From the NCBI GenBank assembly GCA_934153675.1, contig CAKPFG010000001.1, positions 155,947 to 219,946 on the forward strand: 64,000 bases of DNA. Direction: 5' to 3'. Position numbers and translations under genes: made by a program. This document shows, in pieces, positions 18,684 through 28,466 of this stretch. Numbering within the stretch: position 1 is the first letter of the stretch; each line of letters starts with the position of its first letter. This DNA comes from an uncultured Bacilli bacterium. GTDB lineage: Bacteria; Bacillota_I; Bacilli_A; RF39; UBA660. Under the pieces are notes generated by a model. It made no database searches and was not told the origin of the DNA. It saw only the letters and a list, made by a program, of their open reading frames with translations.

Positions 18684-19148
18684 TTAAATTATCTCCATCA
18701 TATATTTTAAATACATATCATAGCTGGAAAATGTTTGAATTGTATTATTTTTATTTCTAACAAAAATGCCTAGTGGTATATTTAAATTGCTAATACTCAC
18801 AGCTAATGTTGTAGATAAATCCCCATATTTTATTATTCCACTCTTATATACTAATTTATTAAATTCAAATTTTGTAGTACTAACATCAAAAGTATATATT
18901 TTTCCTCCTGCACTATATGTTTATCAGACCATAAATAAAAAATTACTTTGACTATTTTCAAAATTTATTTGAAAAGCATATGGCATTTCTAAAGATCCAA
19001 AAATACAATCTGTAACATCATTTCTCGATTCTATTTCACTTTTAAAGACACCACCAAATTTTAATACAGTTTCTATCTTAGTGTTTTTTGTAGGATTATA
19101 ACCAGTATCTACATATTAAGTACCTGTAGATTTTATATAATTTAACTC
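18684..19148 (-). pseudogene. Decayed in-frame 3' extension of the pilin-like gene (four in-frame stops within ~155 codons)
   Basis: Same frame as 19149-19535 stays open for segments of 10, 60 and 78 codons separated by TAA, TAA, TGA-TAA; random frames in this AT-rich DNA hit a stop about every 11 codons. Confidence 0.45.
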
Positions 19149-19535
19149 TTAATATGTATTAATATTTACATTACAATCATTTTTATTTACAATTTCATAT
19201 TGAAAAGTATTATCATACGTTATTTTTACTGTTTTTAAATTAGTGATATCACTATCATTAACAACATCTAAAGTATTTGATAAATATTCTTTCTTTACAA
19301 GAGTCTCCAAAGGAAGACAATATATATTCTCTTTATCTTTTTCAAAGCTTAAATAATTATCACTTACATACTTTTTGGCTGCTGTTATTATTAAATTATT
19401 ATTAATCAGATTAACCTCATTCTTTTTATTATAAATTGAATTAGTAATTTTGGGCATAGCTAATATGAACAATAATCCTAAAATAGTTACTACGGCTAAT
19501 ATTTCAATTAAACTAAATCCTTTTTTCATAAACAC
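19149..19535 (-). CDS. Type IV pilin / pseudopilin-like protein (prepilin N-terminal cleavage-methylation motif)
   Basis: N-terminus MFMKKGFSLIEILAVVTILGLL (K-G-F-S-L-I-E class III signal); located between ftsQ and ftsA. Confidence 0.6.
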   Translation of the reverse strand: MFMKKGFSLIEILAVVTILGLLFILAMPKITNSIYNKKNEVNLINNNLIITAAKKYVSDNYLSFEKDKENIYCLPLETLVKKEYLSNTLDVVNDSDITNLKTVKITYDNTFQYEIVNKNDCNVNINTY

Positions 19536-19537
19536 CT

Positions 19538-20206
19538 CTAATTTTTGAAAGTTTCAAAATATTCTCCACTATCTAAATATAAAGTTCCTTTCTTATCTTC
19601 TAGGGTAGATACTATATCACTATAATCATTAATTTTTTCTATTTTATTTAAAGTAATATATACGTAAATACCATCATTCATAGTTAACAAAAATCTATTT
19701 TTATCTACTTCATTAGGGTCATATTTTATTTCAGAAATTCGCTCTAGAATATCTATATTGATTTTTCTAATAGACAATATAAACTTATTATACACATCAG
19801 TAATATCATTAACAACTAAGGGAACAACTTTATCTTCTTTTATTGTTTTCCCATCATATAAATATATTTTATCCTGATACTTAAACAAAGGATAATTTTC
19901 ATCAACTATAATATATACTTGATTAAAAAAACCTTTTTTATAAACTTTTGCTTTTCTTATATATTTATTTTTTTCTAAATTCAATTTAATAGATAAACTA
20001 TTGGCTTTAAAAATACTAGGATAATCCTTTAAACCGGCTATTTTTATTATCTCTTCATCTGTAAGATAATAATTATTTTTAATATAAATATTAGTTATAT
20101 GATAATTATATATATAAAGAAAAATAAATACTAAAGCAATAAATACAGAAAAAACTATTATAATTTTCTTTTTCCTTAATCGTCTACCCCTTTTTTTTCT
20201 TGCCAT
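19538..20206 (-). CDS. ftsQ: Cell division protein FtsQ/DivIB
   Basis: N-terminal basic tail plus single TM, POTRA-like region; position between murB and ftsA. Confidence 0.6.
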   Translation of the reverse strand: MARKKRGRRLRKKKIIIVFSVFIALVFIFLYIYNYHITNIYIKNNYYLTDEEIIKIAGLKDYPSIFKANSLSIKLNLEKNKYIRKAKVYKKGFFNQVYIIVDENYPLFKYQDKIYLYDGKTIKEDKVVPLVVNDITDVYNKFILSIRKINIDILERISEIKYDPNEVDKNRFLLTMNDGIYVYITLNKIEKINDYSDIVSTLEDKKGTLYLDSGEYFETFKN

Positions 20207-20215
20207 AACTCACCT

Positions 20216-21109
20216 TTATTCTACAAATTCTTGTTCAACTTTTAAATCTATATTATATTTTTCTTTAACCTTGCTTTTAATTTCTAATATCAATTTTTTA
20301 ATATCAGATCCAGTAGCATTTCCCATATTGACTATGAAATTTGCATGTTTTAAACTAACCATCGCATCTCCTATACGATATCCTTTATAACCGATAGCCT
20401 CAATTAATCTGCCAGCATAATCATTATTAGGATTTCTAAATACACTTCCAGCTGATGGATATTCTAATGGTTGCGTTTCTAATCTTCTTTTTTTTCTATC
20501 ATTAATTACTTCTAAAATAGAATTCACATCCCCCTTTCTAAGCAACAAAGTTGCTTCTAAACAAATATAATTTTTTGCTTTTTGTAAAAATGAATAACGA
20601 TAGTGAAAATCTAAATCTTGATTAGTTAATATTTTGACTTCTAAATTAGGATCAAGTACTTTTATTGTAGTTGTAATATATCCCATATCCATTTTATAAG
20701 CTCCAGCATTCATAAAAATAGAACCACCAACACTACCAGGTATACCAGATGCAAATTCAAGTCCAGAAAGCCCCATTCTAGCTGTGCGAAGAGCTAATTT
20801 AATTAATGAATATCCTGCTCCTACTGTTACATAATTATCATTAAATTCTAATTTATTAAAATTATCTAATTTTATTAAAACACCATCATATATCCCATCA
20901 GAAAAAATTAAATTAGACCCATTTCCCAAAATTTTATATTTAACTTTTTCCTGTTTTAAAAATTTAATAAGAGTGATTAAGCTATCAATATCATCAGGTA
21001 TTACTATATCAGCAAAGCCCCCAGCTTTATATGTAGTATAATCTTTTAAACTAACCTTTTTTAAAACATCTCCAATATTTAATTTTTCTATTTTATCTAT
21101 TACATTCAT
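20216..21109 (-). CDS. murB: UDP-N-acetylenolpyruvoylglucosamine reductase MurB
   Basis: FAD-binding PCMH domain (YTTYKAGGFADIVI, GNGSNLIF) and MurB C-terminal domain. Confidence 0.85.
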   Translation of the reverse strand: MNVIDKIEKLNIGDVLKKVSLKDYTTYKAGGFADIVIPDDIDSLITLIKFLKQEKVKYKILGNGSNLIFSDGIYDGVLIKLDNFNKLEFNDNYVTVGAGYSLIKLALRTARMGLSGLEFASGIPGSVGGSIFMNAGAYKMDMGYITTTIKVLDPNLEVKILTNQDLDFHYRYSFLQKAKNYICLEATLLLRKGDVNSILEVINDRKKRRLETQPLEYPSAGSVFRNPNNDYAGRLIEAIGYKGYRIGDAMVSLKHANFIVNMGNATGSDIKKLILEIKSKVKEKYNIDLKVEQEFVE

Positions 21110-21111
21110 AA

Positions 21112-22194
21112 CTACTTCCTATCCACTAATTTTTTAATATTTTTATAAATTATTTCTGCACTATCTTTTACTTGCATGCTTTGCAAATTTTTTTTCATAT
21201 CCAAATAATTTTTTTTATCATTTAACAACTTATCAATTAAAGCATCTAATTTTTCAAAGGATAAATCTTTTTCCTCTAACAAAAGTGCGGCCTTATTGTT
21301 GACTAGACTAATGGCATTTTTATATTGATGATTATTTGGAACAAACGGAGATGGTATTAAAATTGATGGAATTTTCAAAGCAATTATTTCACTTAATGTA
21401 GATGCTCCTGCCCTTGTTATTAACAAGTTTGTATTTTTTAAAAGACCTGTTAAACTATTTATATAAGATACAACCTTAACATTACTTGGATACTTAATAT
21501 CTTTTATATCATCATAATTATTTTTACCACAAATATATAAAACCTCATAATTTTTACATTTAAATCTATGCAAATTTTCTTTCATAAATAAATGGACATT
21601 TGAAGCACCTAAAGATCCCATTACAATTACAATCAATTTTTTATCTTGTTTTAATCCCAAACTTTCTTTTTTTACCTCTTTAGCATTTATAGCATTAGTA
21701 GAACAAGGATTACCTGTAAAAATTGTTTTATCTTTAGGAAAAAAATCCATACTATCTTTAATTGAAATTCCAATCAAATCAACATACTTAGACATAATCT
21801 TATTAGCTTTACCAGCTACACTATTTTGTTCGTGTATAAATGTTTTATAACCTAATTTATGAGCAACAGTTATAACAGGATATGTAATATATCCCCCTGC
21901 GCCTATTACAATATCTGGATTAAATTTTTTTATAATTTTTTTTAATTTTCTTTTACTTGTTATTAAACATTTTAATGTTTTAAAATTTTTAAATAAATTT
22001 TTTCTATTGAAACCATACATTTCAATACCTATAAAATCAATATGTTCAAGAGGTACAATATCTTTTTCCATTCTATTATTTGTTCCTATATATAAAAAAG
22101 CACTATTAGGTTCATGTTCTTTTATTTTCTTTAAAATTGCTAAAGCTGGATAAATATGACCACCAGTACCTCCTGCACTAATTATTACCCTCAT
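21112..22194 (-). CDS. murG: UDP-GlcNAc:lipid I N-acetylglucosaminyltransferase MurG
   Basis: MRVIISAGGTGGHIYPALAI N-terminal G-loop, C-terminal GT28 domain. Confidence 0.85.
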   Translation of the reverse strand: MRVIISAGGTGGHIYPALAILKKIKEHEPNSAFLYIGTNNRMEKDIVPLEHIDFIGIEMYGFNRKNLFKNFKTLKCLITSKRKLKKIIKKFNPDIVIGAGGYITYPVITVAHKLGYKTFIHEQNSVAGKANKIMSKYVDLIGISIKDSMDFFPKDKTIFTGNPCSTNAINAKEVKKESLGLKQDKKLIVIVMGSLGASNVHLFMKENLHRFKCKNYEVLYICGKNNYDDIKDIKYPSNVKVVSYINSLTGLLKNTNLLITRAGASTLSEIIALKIPSILIPSPFVPNNHQYKNAISLVNNKAALLLEEKDLSFEKLDALIDKLLNDKKNYLDMKKNLQSMQVKDSAEIIYKNIKKLVDRK

Positions 22195-22250
22195 AAATCC
22201 TCCTATTTAATTATATCATAAAATATCTAAAATACAACAAATAGATTCTA

Positions 22251-23195
22251 TTAAAAACGTTTTGCCAAAGTTTTTTGCTTATAATAACATTGATATAAAA
22301 AATTATTTTTTTCTATTTCATTTTGATACATTAAATCTGCTAATAAAAATATTTTTTTATCATCATCTATGCCAAATCTTTTTTCTTTTTTATATAATGA
22401 CTCTAGAGTATGCTGATCAATATCATTGCTAAGCGATATCAATTTGCAAAAAAAATTTATATTATTTTGACTAACTATTTCATTTAAGGTAGCGTTAGGA
22501 CATCTAAATTCTATCACATTATTAAAAGCGTATTTTAAAGACGGATTTTCAGACAAAGCAAAGGCTTTATAAATAGATTTATTATGGCACCTTTTTAATG
22601 AATTAAAAAAAGAAATATTAAATAATTCGCAAAAAAAACCTTTTACATTATCGTCTTGTTTTATCAAATCGACATTTTTATATATATAATACGCTATTTT
22701 TTTAGCATAATCCTTTCCTCCAACATCACCACGATATTCTCTATATTCTCCATTTGTAAATTGATATATAACATCTTCAAAAATAGCCCATAACTTAAAA
22801 AAATTAATAAGGCTTTGTGTTTGTTTAAAACTCTGCATTCCAACAATCACATGCCCCCCACAATCAAAATCAATTTTTGCATTTAATTTTTTTAAGTTCG
22901 TCATTATATCTTTTAATAGTTTCCAATCTTTAAATTTGTCTTGAAGTGGCCCCATAGTAAGCTCACCACCAATTTGTTCTCCCATTAAAAAATTCCTTGT
23001 AACATGTTCATAATCGTTTTTTAAAAAGGTTTTTTCTTTCTCATTTGTTTTTTTCACAAAATTACTAACATCTTTAAAAAATGCATTTTTATATTCTATT
23101 TCTAAAGAAAAAGTAATATTTTCATTTAAATAAATTTTATTTAAATAAATAGGTTGATAAGTTTTTAAATTTTTTATATATTTTTTATTTTTCAT
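22251..23195 (-). CDS. Glutamine-synthetase-like amidoligase family protein (putative)
   Basis: ITFSLEIEY (ExE strand) and CGGHVIVG (His-rich) motifs reminiscent of the Amidoligase_2/GS-like fold; start probably MIMKNKK after GGGGGGAA RBS. Confidence 0.35.
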   Translation of the reverse strand: MKNKKYIKNLKTYQPIYLNKIYLNENITFSLEIEYKNAFFKDVSNFVKKTNEKEKTFLKNDYEHVTRNFLMGEQIGGELTMGPLQDKFKDWKLLKDIMTNLKKLNAKIDFDCGGHVIVGMQSFKQTQSLINFFKLWAIFEDVIYQFTNGEYREYRGDVGGKDYAKKIAYYIYKNVDLIKQDDNVKGFFCELFNISFFNSLKRCHNKSIYKAFALSENPSLKYAFNNVIEFRCPNATLNEIVSQNNINFFCKLISLSNDIDQHTLESLYKKEKRFGIDDDKKIFLLADLMYQNEIEKNNFLYQCYYKQKTLAKRF

Positions 23196-23197
23196 AA

Positions 23198-23458
23198 TCA
23201 TTCCCCCCATAAAAATAAAAAAAGTGTCCATATTATAACAGAAATCAAAACAAAAGTAAAAAAAGACTTCTTTTTTATTTTATGATTAAATAAATACATG
23301 CTAATTAAAAACAAAAAACATCCTCCTAAAAAGCAAAATAAAAGAAGTGTTTTTTCTTTTATTCGCCACATTTGTTTTATTGCTAATAGTTTATCGATTA
23401 AGCAAAGAAAAAAAGAAATGATATTGATAACGATTAGATATATTAAAAAATATTGCAT
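23198..23458 (-). CDS. DUF1294 small membrane protein
   Basis: LCLIDKLLAIKQMWRIKEKTLLLFCFLGGCFLFLISMYLFNHKIKK matches DUF1294 pattern (IDK..A...RIPE..L...GG..G...FrHKt.K). Confidence 0.6.
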   Translation of the reverse strand: MQYFLIYLIVINIISFFLCLIDKLLAIKQMWRIKEKTLLLFCFLGGCFLFLISMYLFNHKIKKKSFFTFVLISVIIWTLFLFLWGE

Positions 23459-25221
23459 TAAAAACCACTTCTTTTAAACATTTTTTCCAAATCTTCTTTG
23501 GTAAAAGTAACAATAGTAGGTCTACCGTGTGGACAGTTAAATGGATTATCACACAAAGATAAATCTTCAATCAAATATTTTGCTTCTTCGATGGTAATAT
23601 TAGTATTTGCCTTAATTGATGCTTTACATGCTAAAGTTGCAGCTAAATGATCATTAAATTCTTCCTTAGAAAATTTCTTTTCTCTATTTATAACTTCTGA
23701 AATAATTCTTTTAATTGTTTCATTTATATTATTTCTAATCCACGTTGGATGGGCTTTAATAATAATAGTATTAATTCCAAATTCTTCTATAACAAATCCC
23801 ATATCTTGTAATATTTCTATATTATTTTTTAAAATAATATACTCATTTAATGGGATTTCTAAAGATAATGGTATTAACATATCTATGCTAGTTGCTTTTT
23901 TAGCTAAACTATTTTTAATAAGTTCATAGTTGCATCTTTCTTTAGCAGCATGTTGGTCTATTAAATACATTCCATTCTCATTTTGACATATGATGTAAGT
24001 TCCCCATACTAAGCCAACAGGATACAAAATGGGGAATTTTTTTTTATATTCATCATTAATTTCATATACATTATAATCAATTATTTCATTATCAAATAAA
24101 TTATATTCATAATTATTTAAATTATTATCTATCACTTTATCTATGTCAGAATTTATATTATTATTTTCATCATTAAAATTATAATCATTACTTTCATTTT
24201 TTAAATTTGCATTACTTTCATAAACACGGGGAATTAACGTTTTTTTTGATATTTTCTCTTTTATTAATTTAGTTATCAAACTAATTAACTCATCTAACTT
24301 GGAAAATTTGACATCCATTTTAGTTGGATGAATATTTACATCAACTAAACTAGTATCAACCTTTATATTAAGCACTACAATCGGATAATAATTATCTGGT
24401 TTATAAGAATGATAAACATCATTAATAGCACTATTTAATTTAATATTTTTAACAACCCTACCGTTTACTATAGTAATTATACTATTATTTTTGCTTCTAT
24501 ATACTTCTGGTAAACTAACATATCCAAAAATTTCGTAATCACTATCTGATCCATTAATTTTTAACATTTTTTTACTCACAGAAAGGCCATATATATTATT
24601 TATAACTTTAAGTAAATTATTGCTTCCATCAGTTTTCAATAATACTTTATGATCATTTGTTAAAGTAAATCTAATATCTGGATGAGACAAAGATACTTTG
24701 TTCATATAATCAGTAATATGCGAAAGTTCTGTATACAAACTTTTTAAATACTTTAATCTAGCCGGCGTATTGTAAAAAAGATCACTTACAGTAATAATTG
24801 TCCCACGTCTTGCATTACCATTTTTAATATCTATTATTTTTCCACCTTCAATATTAACAACAGTTCCAACATCTCCTTTACTAGTAGACAGATTAATTTT
24901 AGAAACAGAACAAATAGAGGCTAAAGCCTCGCCTCTAAAACCTAATGTACTAATATGAAACAAATCATCTTCATCTATAATTTTGCTAGTAGCATGCCTT
25001 AAAAAACAATTTGTAGAATCCAGCTTATCCATTCCACATCCATTGTCTGTTACTTTAATCATCTTAACACCTGAAGAGAGCAATTCAACCTTAATTTCCG
25101 TACTATTTGCATCAATACTATTTTCCACAAGTTCTTTTACTACTGATGCACATCTTTCCACTACTTCTCCTGCCGCTATTTTATTTGCAAGAATTGTATC
25201 CATAACTTTAATAACTGCCAT
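23458..25221 (-). CDS. mutL: DNA mismatch repair protein MutL
   Basis: N-terminal GHKL ATPase IAAGEVVERCASVVKELVENSIDA, C-terminal dimerisation/endonuclease region; no mutS adjacent. Confidence 0.9.
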   Translation of the reverse strand: MAVIKVMDTILANKIAAGEVVERCASVVKELVENSIDANSTEIKVELLSSGVKMIKVTDNGCGMDKLDSTNCFLRHATSKIIDEDDLFHISTLGFRGEALASICSVSKINLSTSKGDVGTVVNIEGGKIIDIKNGNARRGTIITVSDLFYNTPARLKYLKSLYTELSHITDYMNKVSLSHPDIRFTLTNDHKVLLKTDGSNNLLKVINNIYGLSVSKKMLKINGSDSDYEIFGYVSLPEVYRSKNNSIITIVNGRVVKNIKLNSAINDVYHSYKPDNYYPIVVLNIKVDTSLVDVNIHPTKMDVKFSKLDELISLITKLIKEKISKKTLIPRVYESNANLKNESNDYNFNDENNNINSDIDKVIDNNLNNYEYNLFDNEIIDYNVYEINDEYKKKFPILYPVGLVWGTYIICQNENGMYLIDQHAAKERCNYELIKNSLAKKATSIDMLIPLSLEIPLNEYIILKNNIEILQDMGFVIEEFGINTIIIKAHPTWIRNNINETIKRIISEVINREKKFSKEEFNDHLAATLACKASIKANTNITIEEAKYLIEDLSLCDNPFNCPHGRPTIVTFTKEDLEKMFKRSGF

Positions 25222-25224
25222 AAC

Positions 25225-25722
25225 TCACCTTTTTTTTATATATTTTTTTAAAATTTCAATTTCTTCCGTTGCAATCATGCTAATTGGAATAACACTCATG
25301 TTTTTAGCATTTTTTAAAGTATACCATGCTGTATATTCTCCCGATAATTCCTTTAGCATATCTATTAATCTATAATTTATCTTTTCATATATAACACTAT
25401 CTATAATTTTTTTTACATTAGGTTCTATATTACATTCACAAATATTAATTTCATCTATCGGACGAAGATGATATTTTTCATAATAAGCATATATGTTTTT
25501 TACAATGGGACAATAATCACCCGTTATAAACTCATCATTGATAATTTCAATACCATTTTTTAGCCCTGATATTTGAATATAATATAAAATACATTGTAAC
25601 ATTAGATTATTAATTTTTCTATTCATAATAGTATATTTATAAATAATATAATTAGCTATTTTAAAAGAACTTGCCTTATATTTTTTATCTATTTTGAATG
25701 AATATATATCTATTTTTTTCAT
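25225..25722 (-). CDS. Panacea-domain (DUF4065, SocA-like antitoxin) protein
   Basis: LQCILYYIQISG...FITGDYCPIVKNIYAYY fits the Panacea core (LQKLLYyaq ... f.AW.yGPVv..vY); 3-nt gap to mutL. Confidence 0.5.
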   Translation of the reverse strand: MKKIDIYSFKIDKKYKASSFKIANYIIYKYTIMNRKINNLMLQCILYYIQISGLKNGIEIINDEFITGDYCPIVKNIYAYYEKYHLRPIDEINICECNIEPNVKKIIDSVIYEKINYRLIDMLKELSGEYTAWYTLKNAKNMSVIPISMIATEEIEILKKYIKKR

Positions 25723-25725
25723 ATC

Positions 25726-26508
25726 TCACCCACTATAATTACTACTAACACCTAAATAAGATTCTAAACTAATAATATCTCCATTATTATATAATTTTTT
25801 AGCAAGGCTTTTTCCTACATATCTATAATGCCATGCTTCAAACTGATATCCTGTTTCATTCTCCTTGCCTTCTGGAAAGCGTAAAATAAAACCATATTTA
25901 TAATAATTGTTAAAAACCCATTTACCAATATCTGTATTAAAGAAATTGGCATTTGTACCATTCATATCAAAACAAAGACCACTTTGATGTTCTGAATAAC
26001 CTGGACGGGCTGAGTATGTATCTGCTTGATTTTTACCATCACGGGCTACATAATTATTATAAAGATCAACTTGCACTTTATATGAACGATATCCACTTGA
26101 TAAATACAAATTATATCCAGCTTTTTTAGCATCACGTTGCATATCTAAAAAGGCTAAATATGTTGTTTTATCTATATAATCTGCACCATATAAATAATCA
26201 CTTGTAATTTCTTTATAAGGATATAAAGGAGTATAAGTACTATCTAAATTATAAGTTTTATTAACAATCATAATGCCATTTACATAATAAGCACCATTAT
26301 ATTTAGTTAAATTCATCCCTGTTTTGGTTTTTTTAATAAAAGTCTCACCATCTTTAAGCTTATACTCCACATTATCCGTTTTTATCTTTTCTTTTATTTT
26401 TACTTCTTCTTTTTTTTTCACTTTTAAATTATTTTTATTTTCGACACTAAATAAAATAACACTTAAAATAATTAAAACAATTACCAAAAAAAAACATATT
26501 TTTTTCAT
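25726..26508 (-). CDS. Secreted M15B D-Ala-D-Ala carboxypeptidase (VanY-like) family peptidase
   Basis: Signal peptide; SGYRSYKVQ ... SEHQSGLCFDM zinc-binding H/D/H motifs of VanY/M15. Confidence 0.65.
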   Translation of the reverse strand: MKKICFFLVIVLIILSVILFSVENKNNLKVKKKEEVKIKEKIKTDNVEYKLKDGETFIKKTKTGMNLTKYNGAYYVNGIMIVNKTYNLDSTYTPLYPYKEITSDYLYGADYIDKTTYLAFLDMQRDAKKAGYNLYLSSGYRSYKVQVDLYNNYVARDGKNQADTYSARPGYSEHQSGLCFDMNGTNANFFNTDIGKWVFNNYYKYGFILRFPEGKENETGYQFEAWHYRYVGKSLAKKLYNNGDIISLESYLGVSSNYSG

Positions 26509-26510
26509 AC

Positions 26511-26726
26511 TTATTCTACCTTAAAATCCTCTAGTGTATTATTTTCAGTAACAATTTTACTAACTTTCTCATCTATATTTTTCAATTTTTCATCGCAAGA
26601 CTTAACTAGTTTCATAGCTTTTGTATATTTTTCTATAGAATCATCTAAATCAACATCCCCATTTTCTAATTCATTAATAATACTTTCCAATTCTTTTATT
26701 TGATCTTCAAATTTTACTTTCATCAC
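26511..26726 (-). CDS. xseB: Exodeoxyribonuclease VII small subunit
   Basis: 71-aa acidic coiled-coil protein FEDQIKELESIINELENGDVDLDDSIEKY; overlaps xseA. Confidence 0.75.
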   Translation of the reverse strand: MMKVKFEDQIKELESIINELENGDVDLDDSIEKYTKAMKLVKSCDEKLKNIDEKVSKIVTENNTLEDFKVE

Positions 26727-27990
26727 AATTCCTCTTTTCTAATACCAAGGCATTTATAATACCATCTTTTACTTTAATGTCTATTTTATCATCTTTATTT
26801 ATTTTTTCTACGCTATTTACCAATTTATTATTTTTATAAGTGATACTAAAACCACGTTTTAAATTATTAAAAGGGTTAAGCAGTTCTAATTTATTTATAG
26901 CATTATCTAAATAAGTTATATAACTTTCATATAATACTTTAGGGTTATTAATTATATAATTATTTTTCAAAAGTTCAAATTTATGCTTTTTCATATTTAT
27001 TTGGCTAATCATGGACTTATTTATTTTTTCTATTAATAAATCCAATTTTTGTTTTTTACTTTCAAACATAATCATTGGGTTTTTTATAACAAAAGAATTT
27101 TTGACTGTTTCCAAATATAACTTTTTTAAATTAATTTTTTTATTTATAGCCTCATTTAATCTAACATTTAAGTTATTTAAATAATTAATTAAATCGGGCA
27201 AATTTGGAACTGCCATTTCAGCTGCTCCTGTTGGAGTAGGCGCTCTTAAATCAGCAACAAAATCTGCAATAGTATAATCCACTTCATGACCTACAGCACT
27301 TATTGTAGGAATATTACATTCATAAATTTTTCTTGCTAATGCTTCTTCATTAAATGCCCATAAATCTTCAATAGAACCGCCACCTCTACCAATAATCAAA
27401 ACATCAAGGGCATACTTTTCTGCTTTTTCAATAGAAGAAATTATACTTTGCGATGCATTATCCCCTTGTACTAAACTAGGAAATAATATTATATCACAAA
27501 CAGGATATCTTCTTTTTATTGTAGAAATTATATCCCTAACTGCAGCTCCTTCTTTAGCAGTAATTACACCAATTTTTTCAGGATATTTAGGAATTTTTAA
27601 TTTATGTTCGTTATCAAAAAGTCCTTGCTTTTGCAATTCTTTTTTTAATTTTTCAAAAGCTAAATATAAATTACCAACGCCATCTTTTTCTAGTGTATTT
27701 ACATATATTTGATAGCTACCACTAGCCTCATAAACACTTATTCTACCACTTATTAAAACCTTGTCCCCATCTGCTGGTATAAATGTTAATCTTTTAGCAT
27801 TACTACTAAACATAATGGCATTAATTTTACTATTTTCATCTTTAATAGAAAAATAAATATGACCTGTTGAATGCATTTTTAAATTAGATATTTCTCCCTT
27901 TAAAAATACATCTAATAAATTATTATCACTATCAAGTTTATGCTTCAAATAACGATTTATAGCTGTTACGGTAAGATATTTATCCTTCAT
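26707..27990 (-). CDS. xseA: Exodeoxyribonuclease VII large subunit
   Basis: OB-fold N-terminus (VFLKGEISNLKMHSTGHIYFSIKDE) and catalytic core; adjacent xseB. Confidence 0.85.
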   Translation of the reverse strand: MKDKYLTVTAINRYLKHKLDSDNNLLDVFLKGEISNLKMHSTGHIYFSIKDENSKINAIMFSSNAKRLTFIPADGDKVLISGRISVYEASGSYQIYVNTLEKDGVGNLYLAFEKLKKELQKQGLFDNEHKLKIPKYPEKIGVITAKEGAAVRDIISTIKRRYPVCDIILFPSLVQGDNASQSIISSIEKAEKYALDVLIIGRGGGSIEDLWAFNEEALARKIYECNIPTISAVGHEVDYTIADFVADLRAPTPTGAAEMAVPNLPDLINYLNNLNVRLNEAINKKINLKKLYLETVKNSFVIKNPMIMFESKKQKLDLLIEKINKSMISQINMKKHKFELLKNNYIINNPKVLYESYITYLDNAINKLELLNPFNNLKRGFSITYKNNKLVNSVEKINKDDKIDIKVKDGIINALVLEKRNCDESKI

Positions 27991-28405
27991 TTAAAACCTC
28001 ATTATGATAAAACTTATCTAATACAGCATTAATCATGTTTTTAACTTTTATATCACTATATATATCAGCTAAATTTAAAGCCTCATTAATAACAACAATA
28101 GGAGGTGTTTTAGCGTATTTAAGCTCATAAAGAGCCATTAATAAAATTGCCTGATCAGTATTACCAAGTCTATCAATAGTCCAACCATTTAAATATTTAT
28201 TTGCAATATCTCTAAGTTCATTTTTATAAGTAACAACGCCATAAACAATTTCTTTTACAAATTCATTGTCTACAGGCACTAATTGTTTAATAACATCATC
28301 TATAGTATATTCAACATTATTTGTTTCATAAACATTAACTTGATATAAAATAGTCATAATTTTTTTTCTTAATTCACTTCTATTTAAATTCATAACAACC
28401 ACCAT
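27980..28405 (-). CDS. nusB: Transcription antitermination factor NusB
   Basis: NRSELRKKIMTILYQ ... all-helical NusB pattern; upstream of xseA as in Bacillus. Confidence 0.75.
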   Translation of the reverse strand: MVVVMNLNRSELRKKIMTILYQVNVYETNNVEYTIDDVIKQLVPVDNEFVKEIVYGVVTYKNELRDIANKYLNGWTIDRLGNTDQAILLMALYELKYAKTPPIVVINEALNLADIYSDIKVKNMINAVLDKFYHNEVLNEG

Positions 28406-28466
28406 TCATAACTAATTTTAACATATTCTAAAAAAAATATAAAGCGTTATATTTAATTTATTAAAA

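Noticed and set aside
18766-18951. Plus-strand ORF (61 aa) in the ftsA upstream region
   Set aside because: No RBS, and it lies antisense to the better-supported decayed pilin extension frame.
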